From Carcharhinus amblyrhynchos (Eukaryota): a stretch of 64,000 nucleotides of DNA. Where the stretch lies: positions 3,410,001-3,474,000 of the forward strand of contig OZ336876.1 of assembly GCA_965287045.1 (NCBI GenBank), read 5' to 3'. Both the position numbers and the translations under genes were made by a program. Shown here one piece after another: positions 37,601 through 52,600 of the stretch. The notes beneath the pieces are model-generated. The model saw only the letters and a program-made list of their open reading frames with translations. It searched no databases and had not been told where the DNA came from. How positions within the stretch are numbered: position 1 is the first letter of the stretch; each line of letters starts with the position of its first letter.

Positions 37601-40600
37601 CCTCGTGTCAATCCGCTTTTATATGCTTCCTGAATCCTGAATCCTTCAAGGACAAGAGAATGAGATGTATGAGCAAACCACTGTTTGCAACTGGGGTGCC
37701 AAATACCGTCCCAACTTGGGACCAAGTCGGCCTTCTCGAACTGTCATTGAATCAAAAGACTTCCTGGGACCATTGCGCATGCAATTACAAGGCAGAGGCT
37801 GCAGCGGTTCGAGAAGCTCACCAGCAACTTCTCAATGGCATAAGGGAATGGACAGTAAGAAATCGGACTCATAATAATGTGGCCCACAGCATGTAAAAGT
37901 GAAAGAGGAATGTACTCACCAATCACTGCCAATGGAATGGATTCGCTGTACAGAGCATTTTCCGATGCCTGGTTTGAAACTATGCAACTGTAATTTCCTT
38001 CAGCCCTTTTACTGACATTAGCCATTTCGTAAGAAATTCTGCTGTGATTGGAGAACTCCCAGTGTATTTCGTTCGTCAAATTGTGAAAGAAAACATACTT
38101 AATCGGAAATGAACCGGTAGATACGGAGCAGGTTAATGTCACCGCCTCTCCCTGCACGATTTCTGATCGAGGTTGGAGTCCTAGATCCGGCTTTGATACT
38201 GGAATTACTGTAGGAAAGGAACACAGTTGGTGCATTGTTCTGGTAACAGTTATGTGTCATTCCAACGGCAAGCAATTCACTCGCCAAACGATTGGTTTCT
38301 GTTGTTAAATTAAATATTAATTCGAGCCTATCTCCATACTCCAATTACACGTTTCTGAAGCCTAATGATTTGTTATTAACACTGACGATGCCACTTCCTC
38401 CCCACCAAGTCTGAGAAGTGCTTGTTTCACTGTTAATATGCCTGACAACAGATTAAACTGAAAATTACACGATAATAGAATTGCAGAATAGTTTAGATGA
38501 TATAGAGAAGTGTGAGGTCATTCATTTTCCTGGAAAGGGTAGAGAGTGAGAAATATGAATTTAGTGGGACAGTTAAAAACAGTGCACCGGGACAGAGAGG
38601 CCTACGCAGCTTGGGGATCCATTCTTCAACATAGAGCAACCAGTTAAGATTATAGTGAGCCACAATAAGGCCAAGGTCAACTTCAGAAATGTTTGTATTG
38701 AGTAGGGAATAAAGGGACATTCTGATAATATATATAAACTTTTTTTTATGTCCCTGCACAGATATTGCCTAACCTGCTGAGCTTTTCCCAGTATCCTTTG
38801 GACGCTGATTTTCAGATTTCAACTATCTGTATTTTTCTGTTTTAATGAATTTACACATAGCCCTGTTCAGGACCCATGTATTGCAAGAAGCTCGGACCAG
38901 AATATTTTAAAGTATAATATGCGGGGATGCTTGGGACCTTTTACAGGAAATTTAGCATAATCGTTCCAGTGATGAGTTATTGAGGCTTAAACCTAGGGGG
39001 AAAAAAATAGGCATTCTTATTCTTGGAGCAAACGAGATTGAGCAGATTATTGATAGAGAGTAAAAAAGATGAAGAGAAGTGTTAATGCCTGGTTTAGGCA
39101 GTTTAGGTGAAAAAAAGATTGTTCTATCTAACGAGGTAAAAACGGCTTGGTAATACAGATTTTATTTACCTTTGCATAAAATATTTGGGATAATATGAAA
39201 AAATGTATCTTTGACACAGCCTGTGGTACCTTAATGGAATGCAAAGTCTCTTTACTCAGTTTTTTTTTACTAGAGTGTATCTGTTGAGAGGTGAGCATTA
39301 CCAGCTAATCCGTTTTTTGTCAATCATATTTGCAACAAAGTGATTGCATAACTCCTTTTGGAACTACAGTAAGGCGAACACGAGTCAGTGACGAGTAAGT
39401 CATCTGCGAGGTTAGCGAAATGCCAATACTTTGTAATGGAACATGCATCTCAAGAAGAACAGGCGGAGTTAACACTGTCCATAGCAGTCGCCGGAAAACT
39501 GTTTTCGTTCCGGGAGATTTGTTTTTTTTGTGAATACCTTTTTTTTAATTTCCAAAGTGTTTCAAATTGATTTCTAATTTTCATGGTGAAAATAGATCCC
39601 ACTCATTTACACTTCAGTCTAAAATTCTGGAATGTTGCATAAAGATCACAGTTCTTGCTCTGTGTTATTTTTATCTCCACCAAACATGCCGCAGTGTTGT
39701 TTATATTTCTGCACTCTCTAAGTTAGATCATATAATTTTAATATCTAGCTATTCTTTTTACCTGAAGATTAAGCAATACTGTACTACATGATTCATCCAA
39801 CTACTAGATACAGACTTTCATGATATTCATATTGTCATGTTCAATTTTAATTAAATGCAAATTATAAAATAACCTCCTACCCTCCCTTGATCAAGTAGGG
39901 TCAGTAGAGGTTACGTTTCTATCGACCACGATTTACCGGACCCGCCATCAGCCTCGTGATTTTATTCAAACCCTTATCTGTAATATTAATGGTGGCATAA
40001 ATAAGATCTACTCACGTTTAACTAAAACAGAAACCACATTACTCAGTTTCTTCTGTGTGCTTCTGGGAGTTGTTATTTCACATTGGTAATTTCCCGAATC
40101 GCCCAGCACAGCAAGTTCTCTTAAATAATAATTTTGTTCTGCCGGTAAATTGAGACGTTGTTCATTGTTGAAAAATGAGTATAACAAAGGGTAAAGGGTC
40201 TGCAATTGCCCAGCCGAACAGATAAGGTTCAACTGCTGGCCAACAAATATTTCAACTTCTGGATCAACTTTCAGCAGGGGTGGGGAACAGAGGTCTAAAC
40301 AAAAACAAATGCGTCAAGTTATTGCATTGTAAATATAGCTCCTCCATCATAGCATAATTATACTTTTTTTTGAAAACACGCATTGCGGGAAAATGCATAA
40401 AATATTACTCCAGTTCTGTTTAAGTTTCAATGCGTAGTTTGCTCCTGCAAGGCCCAGGATGAAGCTCAAATTTTAAGTGGAACATTTATTTCCCTGATGC
40501 ATTCACATAATTGGATACAACATAATAATGACTATTCTAGGTGTCTGCAATTTGTTTGGTCAGAGATGGCGCTATGGTCAGTTGAGTATAACATGAAAGT

Positions 40601-43600
40601 CAAATACTGCAAATTTTGGAAATCTAAAATAGCAAAATAAAATGAAAATGCTCGATAGCCTCAGCAACCCGGCAGCAACTGTGGAGAGAGATAACGTTAA
40701 TGTATCGAGTCCAAATGGTATTTCTACATACTTGAACAAAAAAGGAAACTGCGATGATAAGGTGCCTTTGAGAAAAGTAATTTGCCCTCTTTCTTGTGCA
40801 GGATTTGATTTTGTAGGTTGCCACATTATCGGTGTCACTTTGTCTGTACCCGGAAAACATTGTTGCTACTCTAGCGGCAGAATTGATCATAATTGTATTT
40901 TTTTTAATCTGGACTAATGCAGGATTGTTATTTGCGTGTCCCCCCACATTTTCAAAGCGGCACTTGATTCGAATTCTGACAGGAAAAGACACGTGATAGC
41001 ACTGGGCTCCGCACACAGAGACAATCCCAGTTCGTTTGCTGTTTGGGATCTGTAGAGAGAAGGAAAGACTCTCTGTCTGTCTCTTTCTCTGTGTTAATTT
41101 GAAGGCTGGGACCTGTCAGTAAAGTTGTTTTTTTCCCTCTGACGTTTTGCTGTCTGAAGATGATTTTTTCTCTCTCAAAACAGCTGCGTATGAGTCTGAA
41201 AGTTTTCTGTATGTGTCCAGAAGGGTTACGAGGTTGGAAAGTGACTATGCACGTGAGCACACCTGTGTTTGAAGCTGATTGGTTCTGACATTGCATTTAC
41301 GTCAATGGAGGTATTGCTTAAGTTGGATCTATAGCCAGGTAAAGCATGTAAGAATTACACTTTGTCATATTTAGGAACATTAATTGGTAAAATACATCCA
41401 AAGCAATTTTGTTCTATTCTAATCGTACTTTTAAACACAGTTTGTTTTACAGAAATCTACCCAGTGCGACAACAGAATCACACCTGAATTACGAGAATCG
41501 CACCATGTAAATGATTTGGAGAAAAATGTATCTGGATTGGTTAGTAAGTTTGCAGACAACACAAAGGTCGGTGGATTTGCAGTTCGTAATAAGGACCATC
41601 AGAGGATACAGCAGGATATAGATCAGTTGGAGAGTAGAGCGGAGAGATGGCAGATGAAGTTTAATCCGGACAAATGTCAAGTAATGTATTTTGGAAAATC
41701 TAAAACATCGGAAATTTACAATAAAATACAGAACCCTTAGAAGTATTGATTGGCAAAGGGATCTGGCTGTACAGGTACACAGGTCACTGAAAGTAGCAAT
41801 GCAGGTGGAAAAGGTAGTCAAGAAGGCATATGGCATGCTTCCCTTCATTCGTCGGCGTACTGAGTTTCAAAATTGGCAAGACACGTTGCAGCTTTACAGA
41901 ACCTTAGGCCGCACTTGGAATATAGCGTTCAATTCTGGTCGCCACACTACCAGAAGGACGTGGAGGCTTTGGAGAGGGTATAGAAAAGATTTACTATGGT
42001 GTTGCTTTAGCTATGAGGAGAGATTGTAGAAAATTGGTTTGTTCTCACTGGAGCGATGGAGGTCGAGGGGAGACCTGATAGGAGACCTACAAGATTATGA
42101 GAGACATGGACAGAGTGGATAGTCAGAATCTTTATCCAAGAGTGGAAGAGTCAATTACTAGGGGGCATAGATTTAAGGTGCGAGGGGCAAGGTTTAAAGT
42201 AGATGTATCAGATAGATTTTTTTTTACACAGAGAGTAGTGCGTGCCTGGAACTCGTTGACGGGGGAGATAGTGGAAGCAAATACGCTAGTGTCTTTTTAA
42301 GGGGCGTCTTGACAAGTACATTAAAAGGATGGGAATAGAGGGATATGGTCCCTGGGAGGGTAGGGAGCTTTAGGTAAGTCGGGCAGTGCGGTCGGTGCAG
42401 GCTTGGAGGGCCAAAGGGCCTGTTCTTGTGCTGTAATTGTCTTTGCTGTTTGTTCTTTGAAGCGAAATTACGCAGAAAGTAATGCACAAATCAAACCATA
42501 CTTGGGGTCTAGGTTAAATTCGTGATATATCTTGGTATTCCTATTCTGGCCCTTAAGAAAATTTAACGAGTTATGTCGTGGGAGAGGTGGATACAAGACG
42601 GGAGGCAGAAAAAAAAGAGTAGTTAGGAGAGATTGAGAAGCTGTCAAGGACATAAGCTAAAGGGGTGCGGTGGTTGTGTCATTAAGGCATGAAAACTGCT
42701 AATAGTGATCAAAGGTAAGATGGCAAAATTTGCTAATTGGAACAAAGCAGAACAACAAGGCGCGGGTGGTAATGTGGGCGAAGGGTGCGGTATAGTAGTG
42801 CAGACCAATGGAGTTGAAAAACCACAAACTATAAATGGGAAGGGAGTTTTTTAAGGTGAAGTGAAAAATTTACAATCTGAAGTTACTGAGTTCAATGTTG
42901 AGTCCAGATGGTTGGAACGTGATTGATCAGAAGGCAAACTGCTGTTGTTCCAATTTCCATTGGGCTTCATTGATGTGTTGCTGCAGGCCCCGGAGCGACA
43001 AATACACAGGAGAGCAAAGAGCACGGTTGAAATGATAAGTGATTGCAATAGTAGGCTCTTTTTTGCAGACGGGGCGAATTTGTTCCACATCACTTTTCAC
43101 CCAGCTTGCTTTAAGTCTGCCCAGCATGGGGGAGTCCGCACTAGAATCATACAGTAGATCAAGTTGGAGGAGGTTCAGTGAAATATTCCATCCCTTGTAA
43201 GTAGTGTTCAGGTCATTGTACAGTGAGTAAGAAGTAGGTAAAAGTCTGTGTTTTGTACCCTCTATGATTGCATGAAAAGGTGATGAATGAGTCGGGGAGA
43301 TGGAGCAATGGATCAGCATGACCCTGAACGTGTGTTCACAGCGGCATGAAAAAATGTGGGATAAAAGTAAAATATATTTAGTGGTTACACTACGCTGGAA
43401 TTGGCGGCAACTAGAATCATTTGAAACATTATATGGAACAAGGAATGTGGAGCCACCTTTTGATCATCACAGGTGTAAGTAGAACAATGTGGTTTGAGAT
43501 CATTGAACCTCAGCAAACGTGGTGGATATTTGATATGCAATGTATGCTTTAGGCAGAGCTGAATTCAATGAAAAATAAATATTTGATTATCTGTTCTTCA

Positions 43601-46600
43601 GGATAACTCAAACTCAGATTATAACTATTTATCACTAAATTTAGACACACACTCCAAATTTCCTAATGCTCTTAATGCAGCAGACTGGATGACCACACGT
43701 TTCGTTTAGAAATATATCTGGCTGTTGTCTGTCCCTACCAAATTGTATTAATTGTAAATAAAGAGTTGACTGTTCTTCACCGGTACCCACGTTTGGAAAA
43801 CGCCCATTCATTATCCTGACTCTTCTAATAGATGCAATGTATTATTGGTGTATCCTGATTGTGGGCAAATCGACGCCCAGGACGATTGCAAACTCAACCA
43901 TTTTCATGTCGCACTTCACATCATGCAATTTTGGGTTTGACTTTGGATGAGTCAGGGTACATGAGAACAGTGGCATGCGAAGGAGCAGAATTCACAACGG
44001 CTGCTTGATCTCCTATCACATTGTCAAAGTTACCAGAACGTGGCACAATGGTAAGCACTGCTGCCTCACATCGCCAGGTAGCCGGGCTCAATTCCAACCT
44101 TGAGTTGGGAGACTGCTTGTGCATAGTTCGCATGCTCTCCCTGTGTCTACGTGGGTTTAGAACAAAGTATAAAGAAAGTTACAGCGCAGGAACAGGCCCT
44201 TCGCCCTCCAAAGATGCACCGATCATGCTGCACCGACTGAGGAATACTCTCCTCCCTTGTGGGGACAATATCCCTCGATCCCCATCTATTCATGTATTTG
44301 TCCAGACGCCTCTTTAAAGTCACTATTGTACCTGCTTGCACGACCTCCCCCGGTTGCAGGTTCCAGGCACCCAGCACACTCTGTGTAAAACATCTGCCTT
44401 ATACATCTCCAACAGACATTTCCCCTCGCATCTTAAGCTTATGCCACATAGTAATTGGTTCTCCCTTCCTGGGAAAAAGGCTCTGAATATCCATTCTCTC
44501 CATGCCCCTCATAATCTTATAGACTTCAATCAGGGAGTCCCTTAACCTCCGTCATTCCAATGAAAACAAATCAAGTTTCTCCAACTTCTCCTCATAGCTA
44601 ACGCCCTCCACCCCAGGCAGCATCCTGGTAAATCTTTTCTGTACCTTCTCCAAAGCCTCCACACCCTTCTGGTATTGTGGCGACCAGAATTGAATACTAT
44701 GCTTCAACTGTGCCGGTTTCCTTCCAAAGATGGTTGTATTAGGTGAAATGTCCATGCTATATTGCCCCTTTGTGTGCTAACAGTGTAGAAAGTAGAATGA
44801 TAAATGGGAGAGCGTTTGGTGTAGGGTGCATTGTCGCCTGGGCAAGATGCTCTGATGGAGAATCGGTGCAGGCTCAATGGGCACAATGACCTCCATTTGC
44901 GCTGTAAGGTTTCTAAGGGTTCTATGAAATGAAATAAACACCTGTACTCCTGTCTTTAGCATACACAGGAACCGTGTCAGAAACCTTGATTGCCACAATG
45001 TCCTGACGAAAGCTATTCGCCCAGCTTTCTTGTGGTACTTGTTTTCATTTCTGTCAAAGTGAGGATTAATGTTGCTGCAACACAAACGCTACAAATTGTT
45101 TTCAATTCAATACATGTCGAATTGCCTGAGTATATTTAATGCTGAATCTGTTTGAGCAGAGTTTTCAGAAGATAAACCAAAGCGTCTGGGTGTCCAGCAT
45201 CATTGATTGTTCTACAGATAGCTTTTTTTAGAAGTACACTTCCCTTCCTATATCTCTCCAATGCCTATTCTGTTCAGTGAAGGTGCACTGATTTCACTAT
45301 GCATGACTCTTCTAGGCACTTACTAATGGGGTCCCAAGGGGACGTTTACAGTTATAATTAATATAACCTTGTCGAAATCGATTTAAAAGTAACTTTTTTC
45401 CATTACTTAGGCCGCTTGCGATAATAGACATCAGAACAAATCAGAAGGGATACAATTGACCAACCTGTTACGGTGATGTATACATCCTTGGAGATACACG
45501 TTCTATATGTTGTTTTGAATTTACAGTGATATGATCCTCCATCTGAATGCTTTGCATTTTCAATGCTAATCTGATTGTCATGCGTCTGTCGCAAAAATGT
45601 ATTATTTTGATACCATTCGAAAGTATGATCTATCCCTTCCAAAGAAGGATTCAGATATTCCAGGACAATACTGTCCCCTATCAGTGCGTGTTGCGGTGTT
45701 ATTTCCAGAGTTATAGTTGTATCATAAGCTGCAAGAGATGCGAGAAAACCAGACGTAAATACAAATTAGAATATTGCAAATGCCACTTCTCAGATATATA
45801 ACAATTAAAAAGTGAGCTTACACTGAAACAACCAGGGCAATCAGCATCATTTCGTTAGTTAACACCAAGCTATCATCTGAAAAAGTTCTATCAGCGTTTA
45901 GTGATTCAGAAAATTACCCTTTATATGGTTGTCTGGCATGAATCATAGAAGCATACAGTCCCCATAGTACAGAAAAGAGGCAACTCAGTCCATCATATCT
46001 ACACTAAGCCTTCGAAAAACAAACCAACCCAGGTTCTGCCCTTGGCTATATACCTGTCAATCTGTGTATTTTACCGTGACTTATCCATTTGATTGCACAT
46101 CGATGGACTGCAAAAGCAATAGATCATGGTAAATCCTTCTAACCTTCACATCTTTGCATGATGGGAGAAAACCCACCAGAGACGGTGAGAAAGGGCAAAT
46201 TCTACACAGACACTCATTCAGTTCCGGCATCAAACCGGCCCGTACTACTGTGTGGCAGTAACAGAATGACGTATATTGTCCTTTAGCTTATATGTAAACC
46301 AAGACCAAACGCAATCTTTTCCAAATAAACTTCGTGGGATCAAGATATCAATATTTAGATGAATGAAATAAACCAAATAATTTTTTTTCCCAGAATAGGA
46401 AATATTCACAGTTTTCCGAATTCTACTCTTTAGCCCAATTAACATAAGCTAACTGGGTGTTCTTAGCTCCTGGTGCCGGTCAAGGAAACACATGACTTTC
46501 CAGAATTCACACCACCATGGCCTTTTCTCCGGGACTGCACTAGAATCCTATTTGGTCTCTTAAGAAGATACAGCACTCCACTTCCAGTTAAATTAGGATG

Positions 46601-49600
46601 TTGGCCTCAGGAAAAGCCCCAAAACAATTTCGAGGTTTTTTTTGGCTGACATTATCTGTTAATAACACTTATCTATTTATTTCATCTGACCATTCACTGA
46701 TGTTTCAAAGATGCAACTTGCGCGCACACCACATGAAATCCCTTTTTACTGTTCTACAAAACCGCAGTTTCTTTTCCAGTTGATCTGCATCGTTGTATGA
46801 GGCTGGAGTGTATATGTTAGGCATATTACACCCTTACCACTACAAAGGAAAGGCAGTAATAAATTAGGCGTTTATTTCTTTCAGCAATGGAGTAAATGTG
46901 GAAACACGTCAAACAGAATATATAACTGAAAAATGATTTGATCTGAAGCCTAGCACTGAAAAGTAACGTCATCTCTGTGTGGTATAATTTTGCCTCAACC
47001 AAAGTCAAGTCTCCTTTAATGGATCAGCAGCTGGTTTCAAGCTTACTGCTGACATTTAAGTAATAATATAACCAACCATGATCCTGCCTCGGGCAGTTAG
47101 ATTTTAACTACTATGCTGCCTCAGTGAATAAAGAAATCAATTTCTGGCTATGCTGCAGCATCATTGAAACAAACAAAAACTCCTTCGGATTGCAAATGAA
47201 CCATATAGCAAATAGAGTGTTCATAACATTAGAAATCCTTCTAATGCTGTACTTTGGTATTAGACGACCAAAAGACACAGTGGTCTAAAATGTTGCAAGT
47301 TATTATGAATGCTTCAATGTTTCTGACAAATGAATGTCAAATCCACGTAGGACCAAATGTAAACATACCGATTTTTATCTAACAATTGGAATGTGTAACA
47401 ACTCATAAGGTTTTCGTACCGATAGTGGCCACACTTAGAGGATTACTTATCACGGAGTGTTTCCAAAACTTTACTTCGCACTGGTAAGACCCTCCAGTTT
47501 CAAAGTTTGCGATTCCTGAAATGTCTTTACGAGTAGTTTGAATTATTTTGCCACCTTTATACCAAAAGGCAAGTCTGTATTTGCTTCTATGCATACACTG
47601 CATTTTGAATTGTTCCCCTTCTTTTAGGGCTCCACCTCTGGGAAACATCATTATTACTTTGGGGCGATATGCTGCAAAAAGACAATGACAGTCATTGTTG
47701 TTTCGAATAACAGGAGATATTGTTTACACTATCCACTACAGGCAAATGTAGATGTACACCTCCACTCGTTTTTTAGAATCGAATAGAACATCGAATAGAA
47801 TCTCAATAGAACATCGAACAATCAAATGGTTCTATTTGGGGGAGGGTTTTAAAGGGATGCAATCCCGGGGTAGCGGGGAAAACCAACATGTAGGAAATAT
47901 CGAAGTACGTCGCATTGCCATCAACTATCCAGCATTTGACATCAATTTTCAACCTACAAACTGGCTTTAATGAAATGCATGGATGTCTCTTTCCTTTTGG
48001 AATCGATCTGAAAATGGTGTGCTTCATGTATGACCAACTGTCTCACCACATAAGTTTTGATAGAAACGGTCATGTAGAAGTGGGGTGCATCGTTGCCTGG
48101 TGGTTTAGAAGGAACCAGAAGACACTTCTGATACGGCGAGAAGAAAAGCGTATCTATGCCATCTTAGACTTGCCTGTTGTAGGATTAGCAATAGCTGGAA
48201 TTCGGTTATTCTGGACATACATGTGCCAATTTTGATTAGGCTTGCATCCGGAAATCAAAATTAAATCCTGACAAAACAGCCATTAATCCCACTACGACTC
48301 CAGCTGCTGGCTGTTTGGACCGTATACTGGCAGTCGAGATTAACAGTCGCCAAATATCACTGCTAATTAAGTAATTTAATAATCAGTTTTAGCTATGTCA
48401 TCCAATGAAGACACATTTTTGTCTTTTTTTTCTGTTCATTAGATGTAGACAACATATATAGTTAAGCCAACATCTGTTGCCCACCCTTGACTGTCCTTAA
48501 TATTCATTGAATTCTGAGCCTTTCGCGGTATAAATATAAGTCAGCCAAATTCCGTGAGATCTGGACTCAGTTAGGCCAGAGAGCGTAAGGACGGCAGAAC
48601 TTTCTTCACTGAGTAACATCGGTGAACCAGATTTTTTGTAGCAACAGCTGTTAGGGATGTTATTATATAAAAGATGTCATGTGGAATGTTGAATTCCCAC
48701 TTCACTGCTTAATTTTGGAGGATTTATTTTATTATTTATTGGTGGGGCATGGGCGTCGCTGGCTGGCCAACATTTATTGCCTATCTCTGTTGAGCTGCCT
48801 TCTTGGTTCTAAAAACAAGTGGAGGTGTGCATCTATATTTGCTGCTTTCTTGATTTGCTGCCGTCCCCTGTCACCAAATAACTAACCTGGGCCTCAGGAT
48901 TTATAATCTAGATACATGCACTGTTTCCCATTGTTTTTCCACCCATGGTATTCTTCTCAAATGCAATGCCTTGACACCTTGGCTTAAGCCTAATGGTCGA
49001 ATTGGTATTCTTCAAAGAAATTTCAATTTGAATTCGCATTTCTGTAACAATAGCGACAACTTTACATACGTTTTGTAAACTGTTACTGTTTCATTATCTC
49101 TACCGTTTACCTACGCACTAGCAGCGATAATGTTATCGGTAATGAGGATTATGTGGCTCGTGATTCTGCAATTCTCCCTTCTCCTACACATTCAAGTCAA
49201 GTGAAAACGTTCTTGCGGGAAATATCACTGGAAGATACGTATCATTTCCCTACTTCGATGCGAGTAAAGGTGAATATCAATGGCTCCAGCCTCCCAACTC
49301 CACCATAAATCTCCTCCCTGAAATATGCACTTACACAAACACCAAAATCACCCCCTCTCCCACAATAGCACTACCAGCAGATTAGATTCATTGATATGAA
49401 CTGAATATTGCAAAGTAATATTATAGTTTTATTATACCTTTTATGCTCTGGAGACGAGAACTTGCTACTGTAAAAGAGAATGCAAAGTCACACTGTGAGT
49501 CTCGTATTAACGATGAACTATGCACAATGCTATAAATGAGCTGCTGAACATTCAGAAAGGTGGAATTCGATAAGTCACCTGTTCCCCAAAAGCTGCCTCC

Positions 49601-52600
49601 TTCTATTGCTTTGGGGCATTCCCTTATAAAACCGAAGTTGGGCTAGCCATAATGTTCAATTCCTCCTTAGAATCAAACTGGTCTCAGAAATTTGGGCAAT
49701 GGCATGATTGGCCATCAATAAATGTATAATAAAACTGTCAATCATAGATCTTCTAGTTTAAACTCAGTGGTGGGGGAGATGTTGTAAGGAATAATCTGAA
49801 GGAAAAAACAAACAAGCAGCCAATTGGACTAAAAAGTTTAAAGTCTGTTTATTAGTCACAGCTAAGGCTTACATTAATACTGCAATGAAGTTCCTATGAA
49901 ATTTCCCTAGTCGCCACCGTCTGGTGCCTGTTCGGATCAATGCGCTTAACTAGCATGTCGTTCAGAATGTGCAAGGAAAGCGGAGCACCCGAGGGAAACC
50001 CACGCAGGCACTTAGAGAACGTGCAAAATCCATACAGTGACCCAAGCCGGAAATCAAACCAAGATGCCTGGCGCTGTAAAGCAACAGTGATAACCACTGT
50101 GCAAGAGTGCCACCCTCACCTCTGTGATACCGTGCTGTTCTCTAATAAATAAAGTTATAGAATCGTGTCAAAGACAAACAATTTCTGAATAAATTGTTCG
50201 ATTCTTTTTTTTCTTAAAATGAACAGGAGTAGGACTGACATCAATATACATAAAGTTTACACCAGGATTTCAGCAGATATTGGGAAAATCACAACAGACT
50301 TTTCGAAAACATGGAGTCCGTGGACGGAACCTGGCATAGGTACAACGTTATTATGATGCCTAAGAGCGGGGAATAAATGAGTTGATGAAATCGTGTTTCA
50401 TCTTGGACAGAAGTTTAACAGAATCGCCGAAGCTTCAACACCATAACCTCAGGGACATAAAAAATAGGTCGGCGACAGTGCGCACTGAATAAAGAAAAAA
50501 TACGAGTGTAATGAACAGCACAGAATGGGACATTTGGAATTTACAATATGTTGAAAGAAAAAAAAGGCAATCAACGCGAAATATATATTGATAAAGTTAT
50601 GATCAAACTTAATACAACTACTGGGCGGGTAGTTCCCAGAATGTAGCGTGGGGTCAAAGGGCAGCAACTTTTTTTTTAGAAAATGTGTGTAAACAGTCGC
50701 ACGACAGCCAGTTACCTTTTTAATGACAGAGAAAACCATTGGTTAAACATGCAATATTTGACTATGATACTGTTTTATTCCCAATTATCTGCACAGATGA
50801 AAAAGAAAGTAAGTGTATTTATTAGTCACAAGTAAGGCTTACATTAACACTGCGAAGAAGTTACTGTAAAATTCCCCAAGTCGTCACATTCTGGTGCCTG
50901 TTCGGCTCAAGGCACCTAACGAGCACGCCAATGTACGCCAATATTAAGGATAGCACAGGCAGCAAAATATACGTTATGTTGTAATGTTCTCAGTGAATAC
51001 AGTCACATGAAACCCGTAGGTTAATTACTGTCAGGCACACCCTGCTCTAAGTCTTAGTCATGATGTGGAGATACCGGCGTTGGACTGGGGTAAACACAGC
51101 AAGAAGTCTGACAACACCAGGTTTAAGTCCCACCTTAATGTTTAAGGTCACTGGCATTCGGCCTCTGACCTTCGGGTAAGCATTCTCCAAGACTGCCTTC
51201 ACGAAACACGACAGCGCGGAGTCGCTGAGCAAAGACTGATAGCGAAGTTCCGCACACATGAGGACGGCCTCAACAGGGATCTTGGGTTCATGTCACACTA
51301 TCTGTAACCCCCATGACTTGCCTGGGTTTGCAAAACCTCACTTACTGTGCTGTCTGGAGACAATACACATCTCTTTAACCTGTGCTCAGTGCTCCTTCCA
51401 CTCACATTGTCGGCCATTTTAAGACTTGAATAACAGGTTAGGCGTAAAGATTCGCATTCTAATCAGTAATCTGTAAACTGTGCTTTATATGATCTGTCTG
51501 AGGCCAGAACTCTTCATTCACCTGACGAAGAGGTAAACCTCGAAAGCTTGTGAGTTTACTATCAAATAAATCAGTTGGACTTAAACCTGGAGTTGTCAGA
51601 CTTCTTACTGAGTCTTAGTGGCAGATGCCAACCAATCGAAATGCTGTGGATTTCTCCACAGAGCATCCAACTAGACGATAATAGCACTGACAGCAAATTG
51701 GCCTAATTGGACTCCACTCTCAGAAAGACTTCTTTGCATCTTGTGTCATTCAATCTCTTCTCTCAGTTGCCTTCAAAAAGGATCCACTTGTAGGATTTCC
51801 AACCCCTTTTCATTCATCCTCGGCCTTAAATTACCACCTGATTTATAACTTCCACAAAATCTCCCAGGCACACAGCGCAACAATACTGTAGGCTGTAGGA
51901 TTATGACACCAATCTTGGATCTGTCTCTGCTGTCTGGTTCCTTGCTTTAAATAGAGTGATTGCAGTGCTCTGTTTAAGGGTGGCATCGTGGCAAAGTGGT
52001 TTGCATTGTTGCCTCACAGCAGTAAGTCAATTTCCGGTCGTCAGTGACCGTCTTTCTGGAGTTTGCACATTCTACTTGTGTCTGTGTGGGTTTCCTCAGG
52101 TGCCTTCTAAAACCTCTGATTACCCATATACCGTATACTTCTCACCTGGAACCTAAGCCTTCTGTACCACAATATCTCCGTCATGGGGAAAACAGATGCC
52201 ATGCCTCTGATAGTTTTTATACCCCTATCCGATTCCCCTCCCAGTCTCCTCTGCTCAGATAGCACAAATCAATCCTATCTGGTCTCCCCTCCTAGCTTAA
52301 ACTTATCATTCCAAGCAACGCCCTGGTGACTCTTATCTGCGGCATTTCCTATGAAATAACATTCTTCCAATAGTGTGGTGAACAGGGATACGCACAATAT
52401 TCCATCCGAGGCTCAACCAATGTTTCATAACGTTGTATCAAAGATTTCCTGCTCCTATATTGAATGTTCATGCTCATAAATGCAAGCAATCCATTTGCCT
52501 TCTTCACCACGCTGTCTACCTGTGATGGAACTTTCAGAGATCTTTGGGGTTGTTCACCAAGTTATCTTTCTTCATAAATAATCCCTAGACAGCTGTCGTT

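Noticed and set aside
40624-41296. ORFs between D2 and D3 as an extra Ig exon
   Set aside because: No Ig Cys/Trp/DxGxYxC pattern; the region contains repeat-derived fragments.
44036-44160. tRNA-like sequence
   Set aside because: tRNA-derived SINE head followed by SINE body; no complete cloverleaf.
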